A stretch of 64,000 nt of DNA. Origin: a virus. Taxonomy: Duplodnaviria; Caudoviricetes. The stretch's first letter is position 1, and every line of letters starts with the position of its first letter. Shown piece by piece: positions 1-9,134 of the stretch. Location of the stretch: IMG/VR virus record IMGVR_UViG_3300025889_000071; one strand, written 5' to 3'. Below the pieces are notes generated by a model, which saw only the letters and a program-made list of their open reading frames with translations, ran no database searches and was not told the origin of the DNA. A program made the position numbers and the translations under genes.

Positions 1-1
1 G

Positions 2-109
2 AGGTCGGCCAACGGCACACAGAAGGAGCACATGGACATTGCAGAGGCATGTAAAAAAATTTTTGTGGAGCAATTCCCGACTGTTGCTGAAGCACTAGAA
101 TGGGTCTAA
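2..109 (+). CDS. thyX: Flavin-dependent thymidylate synthase, C-terminal fragment (cut by window edge)
   Basis: Frame 2 reads [35 protein letters not shown], the typical cyanophage ThyX C-terminus; usual position upstream of phoH. Confidence 0.75.
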   Translation, partial: RSANGTQKEHMDIAEACKKIFVEQFPTVAEALEWV

Positions 110-134
110 ATATCTTTATCTTGAATTTATAACT

Positions 135-380
135 ATGGCAACATATCCTGTTAAACACAAAGAAACTGGTGAAACCAAAGATGTAAAAATGAGCGTTCAT
201 GATTGGGATCAGTGGCGTAAAGATAACCCAGATTGGGAAAGATACTATACTCCAGAAAATGCTCCCAACTTTGGTGAAGTTGGTGAAGTATATGATAAAC
301 TCAAAAAATCTCATCCTGGTTGGAATGATGTTCTTCATAAAGCATCAAAAGTTCCAGGTTCAAAAGTAAAACCAGTCTAA
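135..380 (+). CDS. Conserved cyanophage hypothetical protein
   Basis: 81-aa ORF between thyX and phoH; late-promoter-like CTAAATA at ~106. Confidence 0.75.
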   Translation: MATYPVKHKETGETKDVKMSVHDWDQWRKDNPDWERYYTPENAPNFGEVGEVYDKLKKSHPGWNDVLHKASKVPGSKVKPV

Positions 381-385
381 AGTTT

Positions 386-1141
386 ATGCCAAGAAGAAAA
401 AAAGCATCTGATCAACCAATTGGTGTTGGGCTAACCGCAAAACAAATGAAGAGGAAAAAACCAATTAATCTCGATTTAATGCGAGATATTGAACCTCTCA
501 CAGAAAATCAAAAAATTCTATTTGATTCATATGATGACGAAAAAAATATCGTAGCCTATGGTGCTGCTGGAACAGGAAAAACATTCATTACACTTTATAA
601 TGCACTTCAAGATGTTCTAGATGAAACAACACCCTACGAAAAAATTTATATTGTAAGATCACTTGTTTCTACCCGTGAAATTGGGTTCCTTCCTGGAGAT
701 CATGAAGACAAGTCCTCTCTGTATCAGATTCCATATAAAAACATGGCAAAGTACATGTTTGAAATGCCTACAGATGCTGACTTTGAGATGCTTTATGGTA
801 ATCTCAAAACTCAAGGAACAATTAGTTTTTGGAGTACTTCATTCATTCGTGGAACCACATTGGATAGATGTATTGTAATCGTTGATGAATTTCAAAACTT
901 GAATTTTCACGAACTTGATAGTATTATTACAAGAGTTGGTGAAAACACCAAAATTATGTTCTGTGGAGATGCCACTCAAAGTGATTTGATCAAACAAAAT
1001 GAAAGAAATGGTGTGGTCGATTTTATGAAAATTTTGAGAGCTATGCCATCTTTCAATGTTATTGAATTTGGTGTTGAGGACATTGTAAGGTCTGGTCTCT
1101 GTAAGGAATATCTACTAACAAAACTGCAAATGAATCTATGA
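386..1141 (+). CDS. phoH: PhoH-family ATPase
   Basis: Walker A GAAGTGKT, SFIRGTTLD, IVDEFQN, GDATQSDL motifs. Confidence 0.95.
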   Translation: MPRRKKASDQPIGVGLTAKQMKRKKPINLDLMRDIEPLTENQKILFDSYDDEKNIVAYGAAGTGKTFITLYNALQDVLDETTPYEKIYIVRSLVSTREIGFLPGDHEDKSSLYQIPYKNMAKYMFEMPTDADFEMLYGNLKTQGTISFWSTSFIRGTTLDRCIVIVDEFQNLNFHELDSIITRVGENTKIMFCGDATQSDLIKQNERNGVVDFMKILRAMPSFNVIEFGVEDIVRSGLCKEYLLTKLQMNL

Positions 1142-1818
1142 ATTTTATTCATCATAATTATCTCGGTGAAATTGAACTTGAAAAAAAAGAAACTAATGGA
1201 ATGCGCCTATACCATCTTCCTGATGGTCAATGGGTGCCTTCTATTACATCAGTAACCTCTTTTTATAATCGACAAATTTTCGTAGAGTGGAGAAAACGAA
1301 TTGGTGTTGAAAAAGCAAATGCGATTACAAAAAAAGCAACTGCAAGAGGAACAGATTTTCACGAAGCAGCTCAGGCATATTTGATGAATTTGGAAATGGA
1401 CTGGAATGAGTTCATGCCAATGACTAAAATTATGTTCACTCATGCAAGACCCTATCTTGATAAGATAAATAATATACATGCCATTGAAAGAACGCTGTAT
1501 TCTAAATATCTTGGATTGGCAGGAAGAGTTGATTGTATTGCAGAATATGAGGGAGAACTTGCAGTAATCGACTTTAAGACATCTGATAAAATTAAACCAG
1601 AAAAGTGGATTGAAAACTATTTCGTGCAAGAAATGTTTTATGCATCTGCTTATTATGAGATGACTGGTATTCCTGTTAAAAAGTTAATTACTTTGATGGT
1701 CACTCCTGGTGGAGACGTAAAAGTATTTGACAAAAGAAACAAAGAGGATTATATTAGAATGCTAGTTCGGTATATTAAAGAATTTGTACATCACAATACT
1801 GGGTCAGATGGAGAATGA
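1138..1818 (+). CDS. PD-(D/E)XK (Cas4-like) phage exonuclease
   Basis: PSITSV, ARGTDFH, AGRVDCIAEYEGELAVIDFKTS; usual phoH-exonuclease-gp33 order. Confidence 0.9.
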   Translation: MNFIHHNYLGEIELEKKETNGMRLYHLPDGQWVPSITSVTSFYNRQIFVEWRKRIGVEKANAITKKATARGTDFHEAAQAYLMNLEMDWNEFMPMTKIMFTHARPYLDKINNIHAIERTLYSKYLGLAGRVDCIAEYEGELAVIDFKTSDKIKPEKWIENYFVQEMFYASAYYEMTGIPVKKLITLMVTPGGDVKVFDKRNKEDYIRMLVRYIKEFVHHNTGSDGE

Positions 1819-2065
1819 ATTAGAAAAGGTTTTAGAGCAAAAGTTTTTTTGCCCATCCCGCTTTGCACAAGAAATAGAAAAAATTGTTCTTGAGCAGGAG
1901 AATGTGAGTTATATTGATGCAATTATTTATTTTTGTGATCAGAATAAAATAGAATTAGAATCAGTACCAAAACTAATTTCAAAACCACTTAAAGAAAAAA
2001 TTAAGTGTGAAGCAATCGAATTGAATTTCATGAAAAAAAATTCCAAAGCAAAACTTCCTCTTTAA
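1808..2065 (+). CDS. 33: Late transcription coactivator gp33
   Basis: SYIDAIIYFCDQNKIELESVPKLISKPLKEKIKCEA; likely start is ATG 1808, not 1784. Confidence 0.9.
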   Translation: MENELEKVLEQKFFCPSRFAQEIEKIVLEQENVSYIDAIIYFCDQNKIELESVPKLISKPLKEKIKCEAIELNFMKKNSKAKLPL

Positions 2066-2066
2066 T

Positions 2067-2669
2067 ATGAAAGTGACTCCTTTCGAAACTTATAAGACGT
2101 ATTTGGCACTCAAAAATCATTTTTCGAAAGATAAGTATGATTATCATAAGTACTGTAAGAAAACGAGAGCTACCGTCCAATCGTTTTATAAGAGAAAAGA
2201 TAGATTCTGGTTTGAAAAAATATCCAGACAAAAAAGTGATAAAGAAATAGAACAATTTTTTGTTTCAAATTTTGTTGCTACCGACACCCCAGAAAATTTA
2301 TGGATTGGAGAGATTATCAATTCTGGCGAAAGAAATTACGTCGAATGGACAAAACGACATCAGAGTTTGACGTACTTGTTCAAAGAACAAAGCAGCGAAT
2401 TGTTCTTGGAAAACGAATTAGAGAGTGTTTTCGATTGTTCGAAAGGCCATCCTCCCATTCTAAAAAAGTTTTTAAGTGGAGAAATTTCAATCGAAACTCT
2501 GGTGATTTATGATAAAATATTTTCTTTCAAAAGCAAATTTGACAAGCAACTTTCAGACCCAGTGTGGGAAACCGTAAGTATGAAGATAAAAAAATATTCT
2601 TCTTTCATACATATAGATGTATTTCGTTATAAGAAAATTTTAAAACAAATTGTACTTGGAGAGGTATGA
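2067..2669 (+). CDS. 59: Helicase loader gp59
   Basis: YLALKNHF..DKYDYHKY N-terminus; position next to gp33 and gp32. Confidence 0.9.
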   Translation: MKVTPFETYKTYLALKNHFSKDKYDYHKYCKKTRATVQSFYKRKDRFWFEKISRQKSDKEIEQFFVSNFVATDTPENLWIGEIINSGERNYVEWTKRHQSLTYLFKEQSSELFLENELESVFDCSKGHPPILKKFLSGEISIETLVIYDKIFSFKSKFDKQLSDPVWETVSMKIKKYSSFIHIDVFRYKKILKQIVLGEV

Positions 2670-3010
2670 GTTTTTTCGAGTCTAAAATGGTTCAAGATGA
2701 ATTAAAAAGCATCAATGACCTACAAGAAATTGTGTATGCAGGGATTTTTAAATTTCCTGCTATGGATCGTTCTGAAAAATTGAATCATATTAAAATGCTG
2801 GAAGAACTTTTAGAAAAACAAAAAGTTCTTTATATGAGATTGTCATTATCCGATGATCCTGATGCTAAATTGATGAAAGAAAGAATTCAAGAATCAGCCG
2901 CTCTTATGGGTATAACAAAAGGTGATGACATTGCAAGTCATCTGAATGGGATGTCCGAAGTTCTAGAAAAATTCAAGCAAACGCTTGACATTTCAGAGTC
3001 TGACGACTAA
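2666..3010 (+). CDS. Conserved cyanophage hypothetical protein
   Basis: 114-aa helical ORF (MSFFESKMVQDEL...LSLSDDPDA) between gp59 and gp32. Confidence 0.75.
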   Translation: MSFFESKMVQDELKSINDLQEIVYAGIFKFPAMDRSEKLNHIKMLEELLEKQKVLYMRLSLSDDPDAKLMKERIQESAALMGITKGDDIASHLNGMSEVLEKFKQTLDISESDD

Positions 3011-3013
3011 AAT
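2985..3013 (+). promoter_or_regulatory. Sigma70-like promoter upstream of gp32
   Basis: TTGACA-N17-TAAAAT. Confidence 0.65.
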
Positions 3014-3059
3014 AACGAAGTACACAAAAGCCAAATCTAAACAATCCGAGGTAATCCGA

Positions 3060-3995
3060 ATGTCATTCGCAAATCTTAAGAAGCAATCTTCTCTTGGTTC
3101 TCTCACTTCTAAACTTGTCAAAGAAGTTGAGAAAATGAACACTACTTCAGGTGGCGCTGATGAGCGTCTCTGGAAACCAGAAATGGATAAAAGTGGTAAT
3201 GGTTATGCAGTTATCCGTTTTCTTCCTGCACCTGATGGAGAAGAACTTCCTTGGGCAAAGATGTACTCTCATGCCTTTCAAGGCCCTGGTGGTTGGTACA
3301 TTGAGAACTCCCTGACCACTCTGGGTCAAAAAGATCCTGTTTCCGAGCACAATCGTGAACTCTGGAATAGTGGTAACGAAGCAGATAAAGATACTGTACG
3401 TAAGCAAAAGCGTAAACTTTCTTACTATGCTAACATCTATGTTGTAAAGGATGCTGCAAATCCTCACAATGAGGGTCAGGTCTTCCTTTATAAGTTTGGT
3501 AAGAAAATCTTCGACAAAATCATGGAAGCAATGCAACCTGAATTTGAAGATGAAACTCCTATCAATCCTTTCGACTTCTGGCAAGGTGCAAACTTCAAAC
3601 TGAAACTGAAGAAAGTTCAAGGTTACTGGAACTATGATTCTTCAGAGTTTGATCGTCCTGCTCCTCTGTTGGATGATGATGATGCACTTGAAGCTGTCTG
3701 GAAGAAGCAATATTCTCTGACTGCACTGACTGCTGCTGATCAGTTTAAGGACTATGATCAACTTGCAAAACGTCTTGCAATGGTTCTTGGTCAGAAGTCT
3801 CCTTCACGTCGTTATGATGAAGAAACTGATAATGAAGATACTGGTCGTGGTTCTTTCACTCCAGAATTTTCTTCTCGTCAGCAAAAGAGTGAACTTCCTG
3901 AAGAATTGAGCAATCAACTCAATAATATCTCATCTTCAAAAGATGAAGATGAGGATGATGCACTGTCTTATTTCCAAAAACTGGCAGAAAGTTAA
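3060..3995 (+). CDS. 32: Single-stranded DNA-binding protein gp32
   Basis: GNGYAVIRFLPA, HAFQGPGGWYIENSLTT, YKFGKKIFDKI, NPFDFWQGANFKLK, acidic tail; start MSFANLKK at 3060. Confidence 0.97.
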   Translation: MSFANLKKQSSLGSLTSKLVKEVEKMNTTSGGADERLWKPEMDKSGNGYAVIRFLPAPDGEELPWAKMYSHAFQGPGGWYIENSLTTLGQKDPVSEHNRELWNSGNEADKDTVRKQKRKLSYYANIYVVKDAANPHNEGQVFLYKFGKKIFDKIMEAMQPEFEDETPINPFDFWQGANFKLKLKKVQGYWNYDSSEFDRPAPLLDDDDALEAVWKKQYSLTALTAADQFKDYDQLAKRLAMVLGQKSPSRRYDEETDNEDTGRGSFTPEFSSRQQKSELPEELSNQLNNISSSKDEDEDDALSYFQKLAES

Positions 3996-4666
3996 GTATA
4001 AAGTCTGATATTATCAGCTCTTTGAAGGGTTTCACTCACATACTGGGTGGAACCCTCTTTATATTTCATAAGTTCTTCCATATCATCAAGAACAACAGGA
4101 AGATACCTGTCTTTCAAAAGAAAAATTACTCTTTTATCATTATTCAATTTTTCTTCATATTCATAGTTTGTGACTGGTGATGATATATTTGCTAACTCAA
4201 CTTGAGCAGGAACACCTGAATCATAGAAACTTAAACTTTGAGTTTCATCAACTTTTATTCCTTTCGGAAAAATAATTCTTCCCTCACTATCTTTTACTTC
4301 AACTGATTCGTAATGATGTACTCCATTATATAATTCGTTATAATTTCCATATTTTCCAAGGAGATATTTTTCAAAATCATCGTTTCTTAAAGGCCATTCA
4401 TCATAGATATTTAAAATATTATTGCAAGTCAAAACAACCCAATCCAGAAAAGGATTTCCATATACTTTATCTGCAACAATGTCTGGACGATCATCACCTT
4501 CAATAATATATTTGTCAAAAAATACTAGATTTTCAAAAATATCATCTCTTATTTTTCCTTTTTTAAATAAATTTTTTACTCTTGTAAAATCACTAAGTGC
4601 TGATTTGTCACTTTTGCGATCAATGTATTCAATATCTGGAAGTTTGCGGAAGTATGAGTTTGACAT
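3992..4666 (-). CDS. 53: Baseplate wedge subunit gp53
   Basis: YF..LPDIEY start; RPDIVADKVYGNPFLDWVVL..NNI.N..DEWP LysM-like region; HHYE. Confidence 0.9.
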   Translation of the reverse strand: MSNSYFRKLPDIEYIDRKSDKSALSDFTRVKNLFKKGKIRDDIFENLVFFDKYIIEGDDRPDIVADKVYGNPFLDWVVLTCNNILNIYDEWPLRNDDFEKYLLGKYGNYNELYNGVHHYESVEVKDSEGRIIFPKGIKVDETQSLSFYDSGVPAQVELANISSPVTNYEYEEKLNNDKRVIFLLKDRYLPVVLDDMEELMKYKEGSTQYVSETLQRADNIRLYT

Positions 4667-4667
4667 T

Positions 4668-6170
4668 TTAGTATCCTATACTGTAATCTGGTGAAGTTTC
4701 GTCATTACCTAGTTCTGTATAATCATCATTAAAGATTGGTTCTAATTCTTGGAATTCGAAAGAAAGTTCGTAAGAAACCATAGAACTATCCCAGTGTGTA
4801 GCATATGTTCCATCAGGAGTATAATTTACATTGAAAGAAAGTAAAGCACACTCTTTTATTCGTGGAAGATATTTGTGTGGGTTATCACCTCCTTTATCAG
4901 CATTTGTATTTCGTCTTCCATCAACAAATGTTAATCTGTATAGATTGGGAGATTGGAGGAATAGGTTGGTTGTTGTTCGTTGAACTGCCATAGATTGCTT
5001 AAACATTCTGATTATCATCAGAGCTCTTTTAGCTTCTTCAGGACTCCTTGGACTTAATTTATATGTAAAATTAAATGGTCTCAATGTGGGACCTTGAAAC
5101 AAAAGTTCTAAATTTGGATTTAATACTCCACCACCAGTTCTTGCTAAAAGACCACTAACTCCTGTTGCTTGCTCTGAAAAATATATAGAAGCTGCAGTTT
5201 GTAAATCTTTACCGGCGGCCATAAGGTTATTTTTTATAGTACTAATTGCATCAGCAGCACCTGATCCACCAGAAATGTAATTTTTTGTTGCGTTTGCTAT
5301 CTGTAATGCAATGGCATTGTCCTCTTTTCCTCCCCAATTGACCCTATTATTATCTCTGATTGCCCCTGGTGCAGGTAAAATAACTCCACCAAGTTCTTGA
5401 TCGATTCTGATTCTATCTCTACTACGGGTATCATATAACCTTGTTACATTTGTTGTTGAGGTATTAATGTCTCTTGGTTGTGATTTGTATATTTTTATTT
5501 TGAGTTGATCCTGACTATTTGAGAGATTCTCTGGATATCTTACGAGACTAGCACCTGGAATCGCGTAAGTTCCTATTTCATTTCTACTTCCATCAACTGC
5601 TTTTCCTGCGTCCAATCCGGTTAGTTGTAAATTCTTAACAGTCGGATCTGTCGGATCTGGATTGCCATCCGGATTTTGCCCGTTTGGAGGAGGAACCGAT
5701 CCTCGCTTAAAGTTTTTAGCAAATATGGCGTTTACTTGGGCATTACTTAAATTGTTTCCCGCTCTGTTTAATAAAGTTCTATATGTTTTTTTAGCATTAT
5801 TAACTGCCATTACATTTAGAGAACTTGGTCCTGAATCACGTAGATCTTTCAATATATTATCACTTAAAACATTTCCCGAAAGACCTGAAGCATTTACAAA
5901 CTTTTTGTCAGAGTTATCATAGTATTGAGAGTCCTCATATGTAATTGGGGCCCATCGTCCATCAGGATTTAATTGTGCTGCTTTGTAAAATTGATTTGAT
6001 GATCTTTCATACAATAACCATGTTGTCAGGGTTTTAGTGTCTGTGTTCAGTTCAGTATAGGTTGAAAAATAAAGTTTATTTCCATTTGGATCGCGATTCC
6101 CATTGCTGTCATATTTAAGATCAAACACTCCCTCTCTTTGAAGAACACCATTAATTCCTATTATTGCCAT
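4668..6170 (-). CDS. 48: Baseplate tail-tube cap gp48
   Basis: LNPNLELLFQGPTLRPFNFTYKLSPRS..EA..II..FK, P....L; long N-terminal extension. Confidence 0.85.
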   Translation of the reverse strand: MAIIGINGVLQREGVFDLKYDSNGNRDPNGNKLYFSTYTELNTDTKTLTTWLLYERSSNQFYKAAQLNPDGRWAPITYEDSQYYDNSDKKFVNASGLSGNVLSDNILKDLRDSGPSSLNVMAVNNAKKTYRTLLNRAGNNLSNAQVNAIFAKNFKRGSVPPPNGQNPDGNPDPTDPTVKNLQLTGLDAGKAVDGSRNEIGTYAIPGASLVRYPENLSNSQDQLKIKIYKSQPRDINTSTTNVTRLYDTRSRDRIRIDQELGGVILPAPGAIRDNNRVNWGGKEDNAIALQIANATKNYISGGSGAADAISTIKNNLMAAGKDLQTAASIYFSEQATGVSGLLARTGGGVLNPNLELLFQGPTLRPFNFTYKLSPRSPEEAKRALMIIRMFKQSMAVQRTTTNLFLQSPNLYRLTFVDGRRNTNADKGGDNPHKYLPRIKECALLSFNVNYTPDGTYATHWDSSMVSYELSFEFQELEPIFNDDYTELGNDETSPDYSIGY

Positions 6171-6184
6171 TACATTTATGGTTT

Positions 6185-6556
6185 TTATTTATTTAGTTTA
6201 AATTTTGCATAAGGTATTGTTAGAAGTTCATCAAGTTCATCCCATTGAACCTCATACAATTGGCCTGCAAGTTCTTCCCATGTATAATTTCTGATTGGAG
6301 ACTCTGATTCCATCTGATATTCTCTCCAATGAAAGTTGAATGCTTTAAATCCCCATCTTTGCAATTCAATACAAGCAATCAAAGGATGTTGATCATAATT
6401 AATATTTGGTGTTTTTGGATTATAGACAAAGGTATAATATTTTCCTGGTTCTGGAATAGGTTCAACTGTATCATTCAATAATTGCATAATTTCCAACATC
6501 ATATCTTCTGGATCGTTTGTTCTAAGATTGATGTCGTTTCCTTGCAATCTGCTCAT
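6185..6556 (-). CDS. gp2-like DNA end-protector / conserved hypothetical protein
   Basis: PEPGKYYTFVYNPKTP...YDQHPLI motif; lies between gp4 and gp48. Confidence 0.5.
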   Translation of the reverse strand: MSRLQGNDINLRTNDPEDMMLEIMQLLNDTVEPIPEPGKYYTFVYNPKTPNINYDQHPLIACIELQRWGFKAFNFHWREYQMESESPIRNYTWEELAGQLYEVQWDELDELLTIPYAKFKLNK

Positions 6557-6996
6557 TTGATTCCTAGTTCGTTTTCGGTGATGATTTTAAATTCTATTTT
6601 TCGATCAGCACACCATTCTCTTGCAGCTTTCCATTTTGCCTGATTTATAGAATAGGTAACACATTCATAAAGATATGATTTAGTTTGTCGTTTTGGTTGT
6701 TTTGGTGGAACAGTTTGTTTCTTTGGTTTTACTTCAACAACATATGTTTTTATTGATCCGTTTGTTTCTTTTACTTTAACCAAGTAATCTGGAAAATAAC
6801 GATGAATTCTATTATCTGCAGGAGATACATATGGAATACAAAATTCTTCTGAAGCCCAAGAAATTATATTTTCATTTGTATCACACCACTTACAGAATCT
6901 TCTTTCCCAAGAACTTCTACAGATAATGTTTTTCCAATCTCCTTTATATTTTTGTGGATTTGAAGGAATATATTTGCTTTTAATACTTTCTGCCAT
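6553..6996 (-). CDS. 4: Head completion nuclease gp4
   Basis: IICRSSWERRFCKWCD, WASEE, YFPDY, EVKPKKQT, NQAKWKAA. Confidence 0.92.
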   Translation of the reverse strand: MAESIKSKYIPSNPQKYKGDWKNIICRSSWERRFCKWCDTNENIISWASEEFCIPYVSPADNRIHRYFPDYLVKVKETNGSIKTYVVEVKPKKQTVPPKQPKRQTKSYLYECVTYSINQAKWKAAREWCADRKIEFKIITENELGIK

Positions 6997-7029
6997 TATC
7001 TTGCCTACATAATATACAAGATCAAAAAG

Positions 7030-7037
7030 TATTTATA
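7030..7037 (-). promoter_or_regulatory. T4-type late promoter for the gp4-gp53 operon
   Basis: TATTTATA on + strand is TATAAATA on - strand, in the divergent intergenic gap. Confidence 0.7.
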
Positions 7038-7038
7038 G

Positions 7039-8139
7039 ATGTCTTTAACGGGACCACAATCAATTAGTAAGATCAAATCAACCCTGTTGTCACCAGCAAC
7101 AACTTCTCATTTTGTGGTATCTATACAGAAACCAAATGAACTCAATTCAGATAAAGAAACGGTGGTAGAAACGGGAACTGGTTCAATAGCTAGAGATTTT
7201 GCAAGTTATTTGGCTCAACAAGGAATTACTAGAGATATTAATTCTATAGAATATTTAAATTTAGCTTGTTCTGATGCTTCTTTACCAGGTTCTAGTCTTG
7301 CGACTAGTGAAATAACCGGAGATTATCACGGAGTTACTGAAAGACATGCATATCGTAGAATTTATGATGATAGAATTGACTTAACTTTTTATGTTGATGC
7401 AAAAAAATACTATGCAATTCGCTTTTTTGAAGCATGGATAAGATATATTATGTCCGAAACATATACGGGGACTGCAGATCAACAAGGAAGAAGTGATGAT
7501 GAGAAGAATTTATTTTATAGGTCTAGATATCCCAGTCAGTATACAACAAATCTAGAAATTACGAAATTTGAGAAGGATAATATTTCAGGCAATAAACCAA
7601 GTTTAAAGTATAGACTTTACAATACATATCCCGTGTCTATTGCATCAATGCCAGTTTCTTATGATGCAAGTTCTCTTTTAAAATGTACAGTTTCAATGAA
7701 CTACAGTCGGTATTCTCTTATTCCTACTAACAGTAGTTTTGGAACATTTGGAGGAAATGCCAAATCAGCAAACGAAAATCCCAATTCCCCAGAAGGAACT
7801 GGGGATAATAGTAATCAGTCTGAATTTAGGACTGTACCTAATAATATAGATTTTGGAAGAACAATACCTGCTGATCGGATTAGTGCAACTAATGCATTTA
7901 ATGCATCATTACCTGCTTACGATTTCAATCAATCATTGAACACTACTCCATTAAATATTACTAATACCAGAACTTTCGATCTCAATAAAGATTTTTACAC
8001 TGGAGGATATGGTAATCCAGAAGACGGTCCACCAGAACGACAATCAATTCAGAGTCAAATTGGTGAATTACAGGAAATGGCGGAAAGATCTCAACAACGC
8101 CAAGCTGCCAATTCTAGAGGTGGTGCATCTGCAGAATAA
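7039..8139 (+). CDS. Tail tube gp19/gp54-like protein with C-terminal extension
   Basis: CSDASLPG...AYRRIYDDRIDLTFYVD...FFEAW; YPVSIASMPVSYDAS..LKCTVSMNY. Confidence 0.75.
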   Translation: MSLTGPQSISKIKSTLLSPATTSHFVVSIQKPNELNSDKETVVETGTGSIARDFASYLAQQGITRDINSIEYLNLACSDASLPGSSLATSEITGDYHGVTERHAYRRIYDDRIDLTFYVDAKKYYAIRFFEAWIRYIMSETYTGTADQQGRSDDEKNLFYRSRYPSQYTTNLEITKFEKDNISGNKPSLKYRLYNTYPVSIASMPVSYDASSLLKCTVSMNYSRYSLIPTNSSFGTFGGNAKSANENPNSPEGTGDNSNQSEFRTVPNNIDFGRTIPADRISATNAFNASLPAYDFNQSLNTTPLNITNTRTFDLNKDFYTGGYGNPEDGPPERQSIQSQIGELQEMAERSQQRQAANSRGGASAE

Positions 8140-8223
8140 TATCAGAACAGCACTACTCTTCTAATAATAACTTCAAATCACTCAACTAAATAATATCAAC
8201 TGATTTTTTCATATTAGGACATT

Positions 8224-8943
8224 ATGCCTTTACCAAAAATTTCTACACCAACTTATGAACTTGAGTTGCCATCTACAGGTCAAACAATTGAATACAGACC
8301 CTTTCTAGTCAAGGAAGAGAAGGTATTAGTGATTGCTCTGGAAAGTGAAGATACTAAACAGATTACAAATTCAATTAAAACAGTTATTAGAAATTGTATT
8401 CTTACGAAAGGAATTAAAGTAGAGTCTTTACCAACTTTTGATATTGAATACTTGTTTCTGAATATTAGAGGTAAATCTGTTGGGGAAGATGTTGAAGTCA
8501 ATGTTATTTGTCCCGATGACCGTGAAACAAAGGTTATGGTAAACATCAATCTTGATGATATTAAGGTTCAAAAGGATGAAAATCATACAAATAGAATTAA
8601 ACTTGATAATTCTATTATGATGGAAATGAAATACCCATCTCTTGATGAGTTTATCAAAAACAATTTTGATTTCTCTAATGAATCTTCTATGGACCAATCA
8701 TTTACACTGATTTCTTCCTGTATTGATAAAATTTATACTGAAGAGGAAGTTTGGGCTGCAGGAGATTTTACAAAGAAAGAAGTTAATGAGTTTCTTGAGT
8801 CTATGAATTCTTCGCAATTCAAAGAAATTGAAAAGTTCTTTGAAACTATGCCCAAGTTATTACATAAAATTGAAGTTACAAATCCAAAAACGAAAGTAAA
8901 AAGTGAAGTTGTTTTAGAAGGGTTATCATCTTTTTTCTCATAA
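8224..8943 (+). CDS. 26: Baseplate hub subunit gp26
   Basis: MPLPKISTPTYELELPS, YRPFLVKEEK, DIEYLFLNIRGKSVGE, FFETMPKL. Confidence 0.92.
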   Translation: MPLPKISTPTYELELPSTGQTIEYRPFLVKEEKVLVIALESEDTKQITNSIKTVIRNCILTKGIKVESLPTFDIEYLFLNIRGKSVGEDVEVNVICPDDRETKVMVNINLDDIKVQKDENHTNRIKLDNSIMMEMKYPSLDEFIKNNFDFSNESSMDQSFTLISSCIDKIYTEEEVWAAGDFTKKEVNEFLESMNSSQFKEIEKFFETMPKLLHKIEVTNPKTKVKSEVVLEGLSSFFS

Positions 8944-8945
8944 GT

Positions 8946-9134
8946 ATGATTCATATGAATTTGGAGTCTTACTTCAAATTAAATTTTTCTTTGATGCAGT
9001 ATCATAAATATTCTTTGACTGAAATTGAAAATATGATTCCGTGGGAGAGAGACGTTTATGTTGGTCTTCTACAACAACACTTGGAAGAAGAACAGTTGAA
9101 ACAACAACAGCAGCAAAGAAATGCCAGGTTCTAA
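8946..9134 (+). CDS. 51: Baseplate hub assembly protein gp51
   Basis: YFKLNFSLMQYHKYSLTEIENMIPWERDVYV. Confidence 0.9.
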   Translation: MIHMNLESYFKLNFSLMQYHKYSLTEIENMIPWERDVYVGLLQQHLEEEQLKQQQQQRNARF

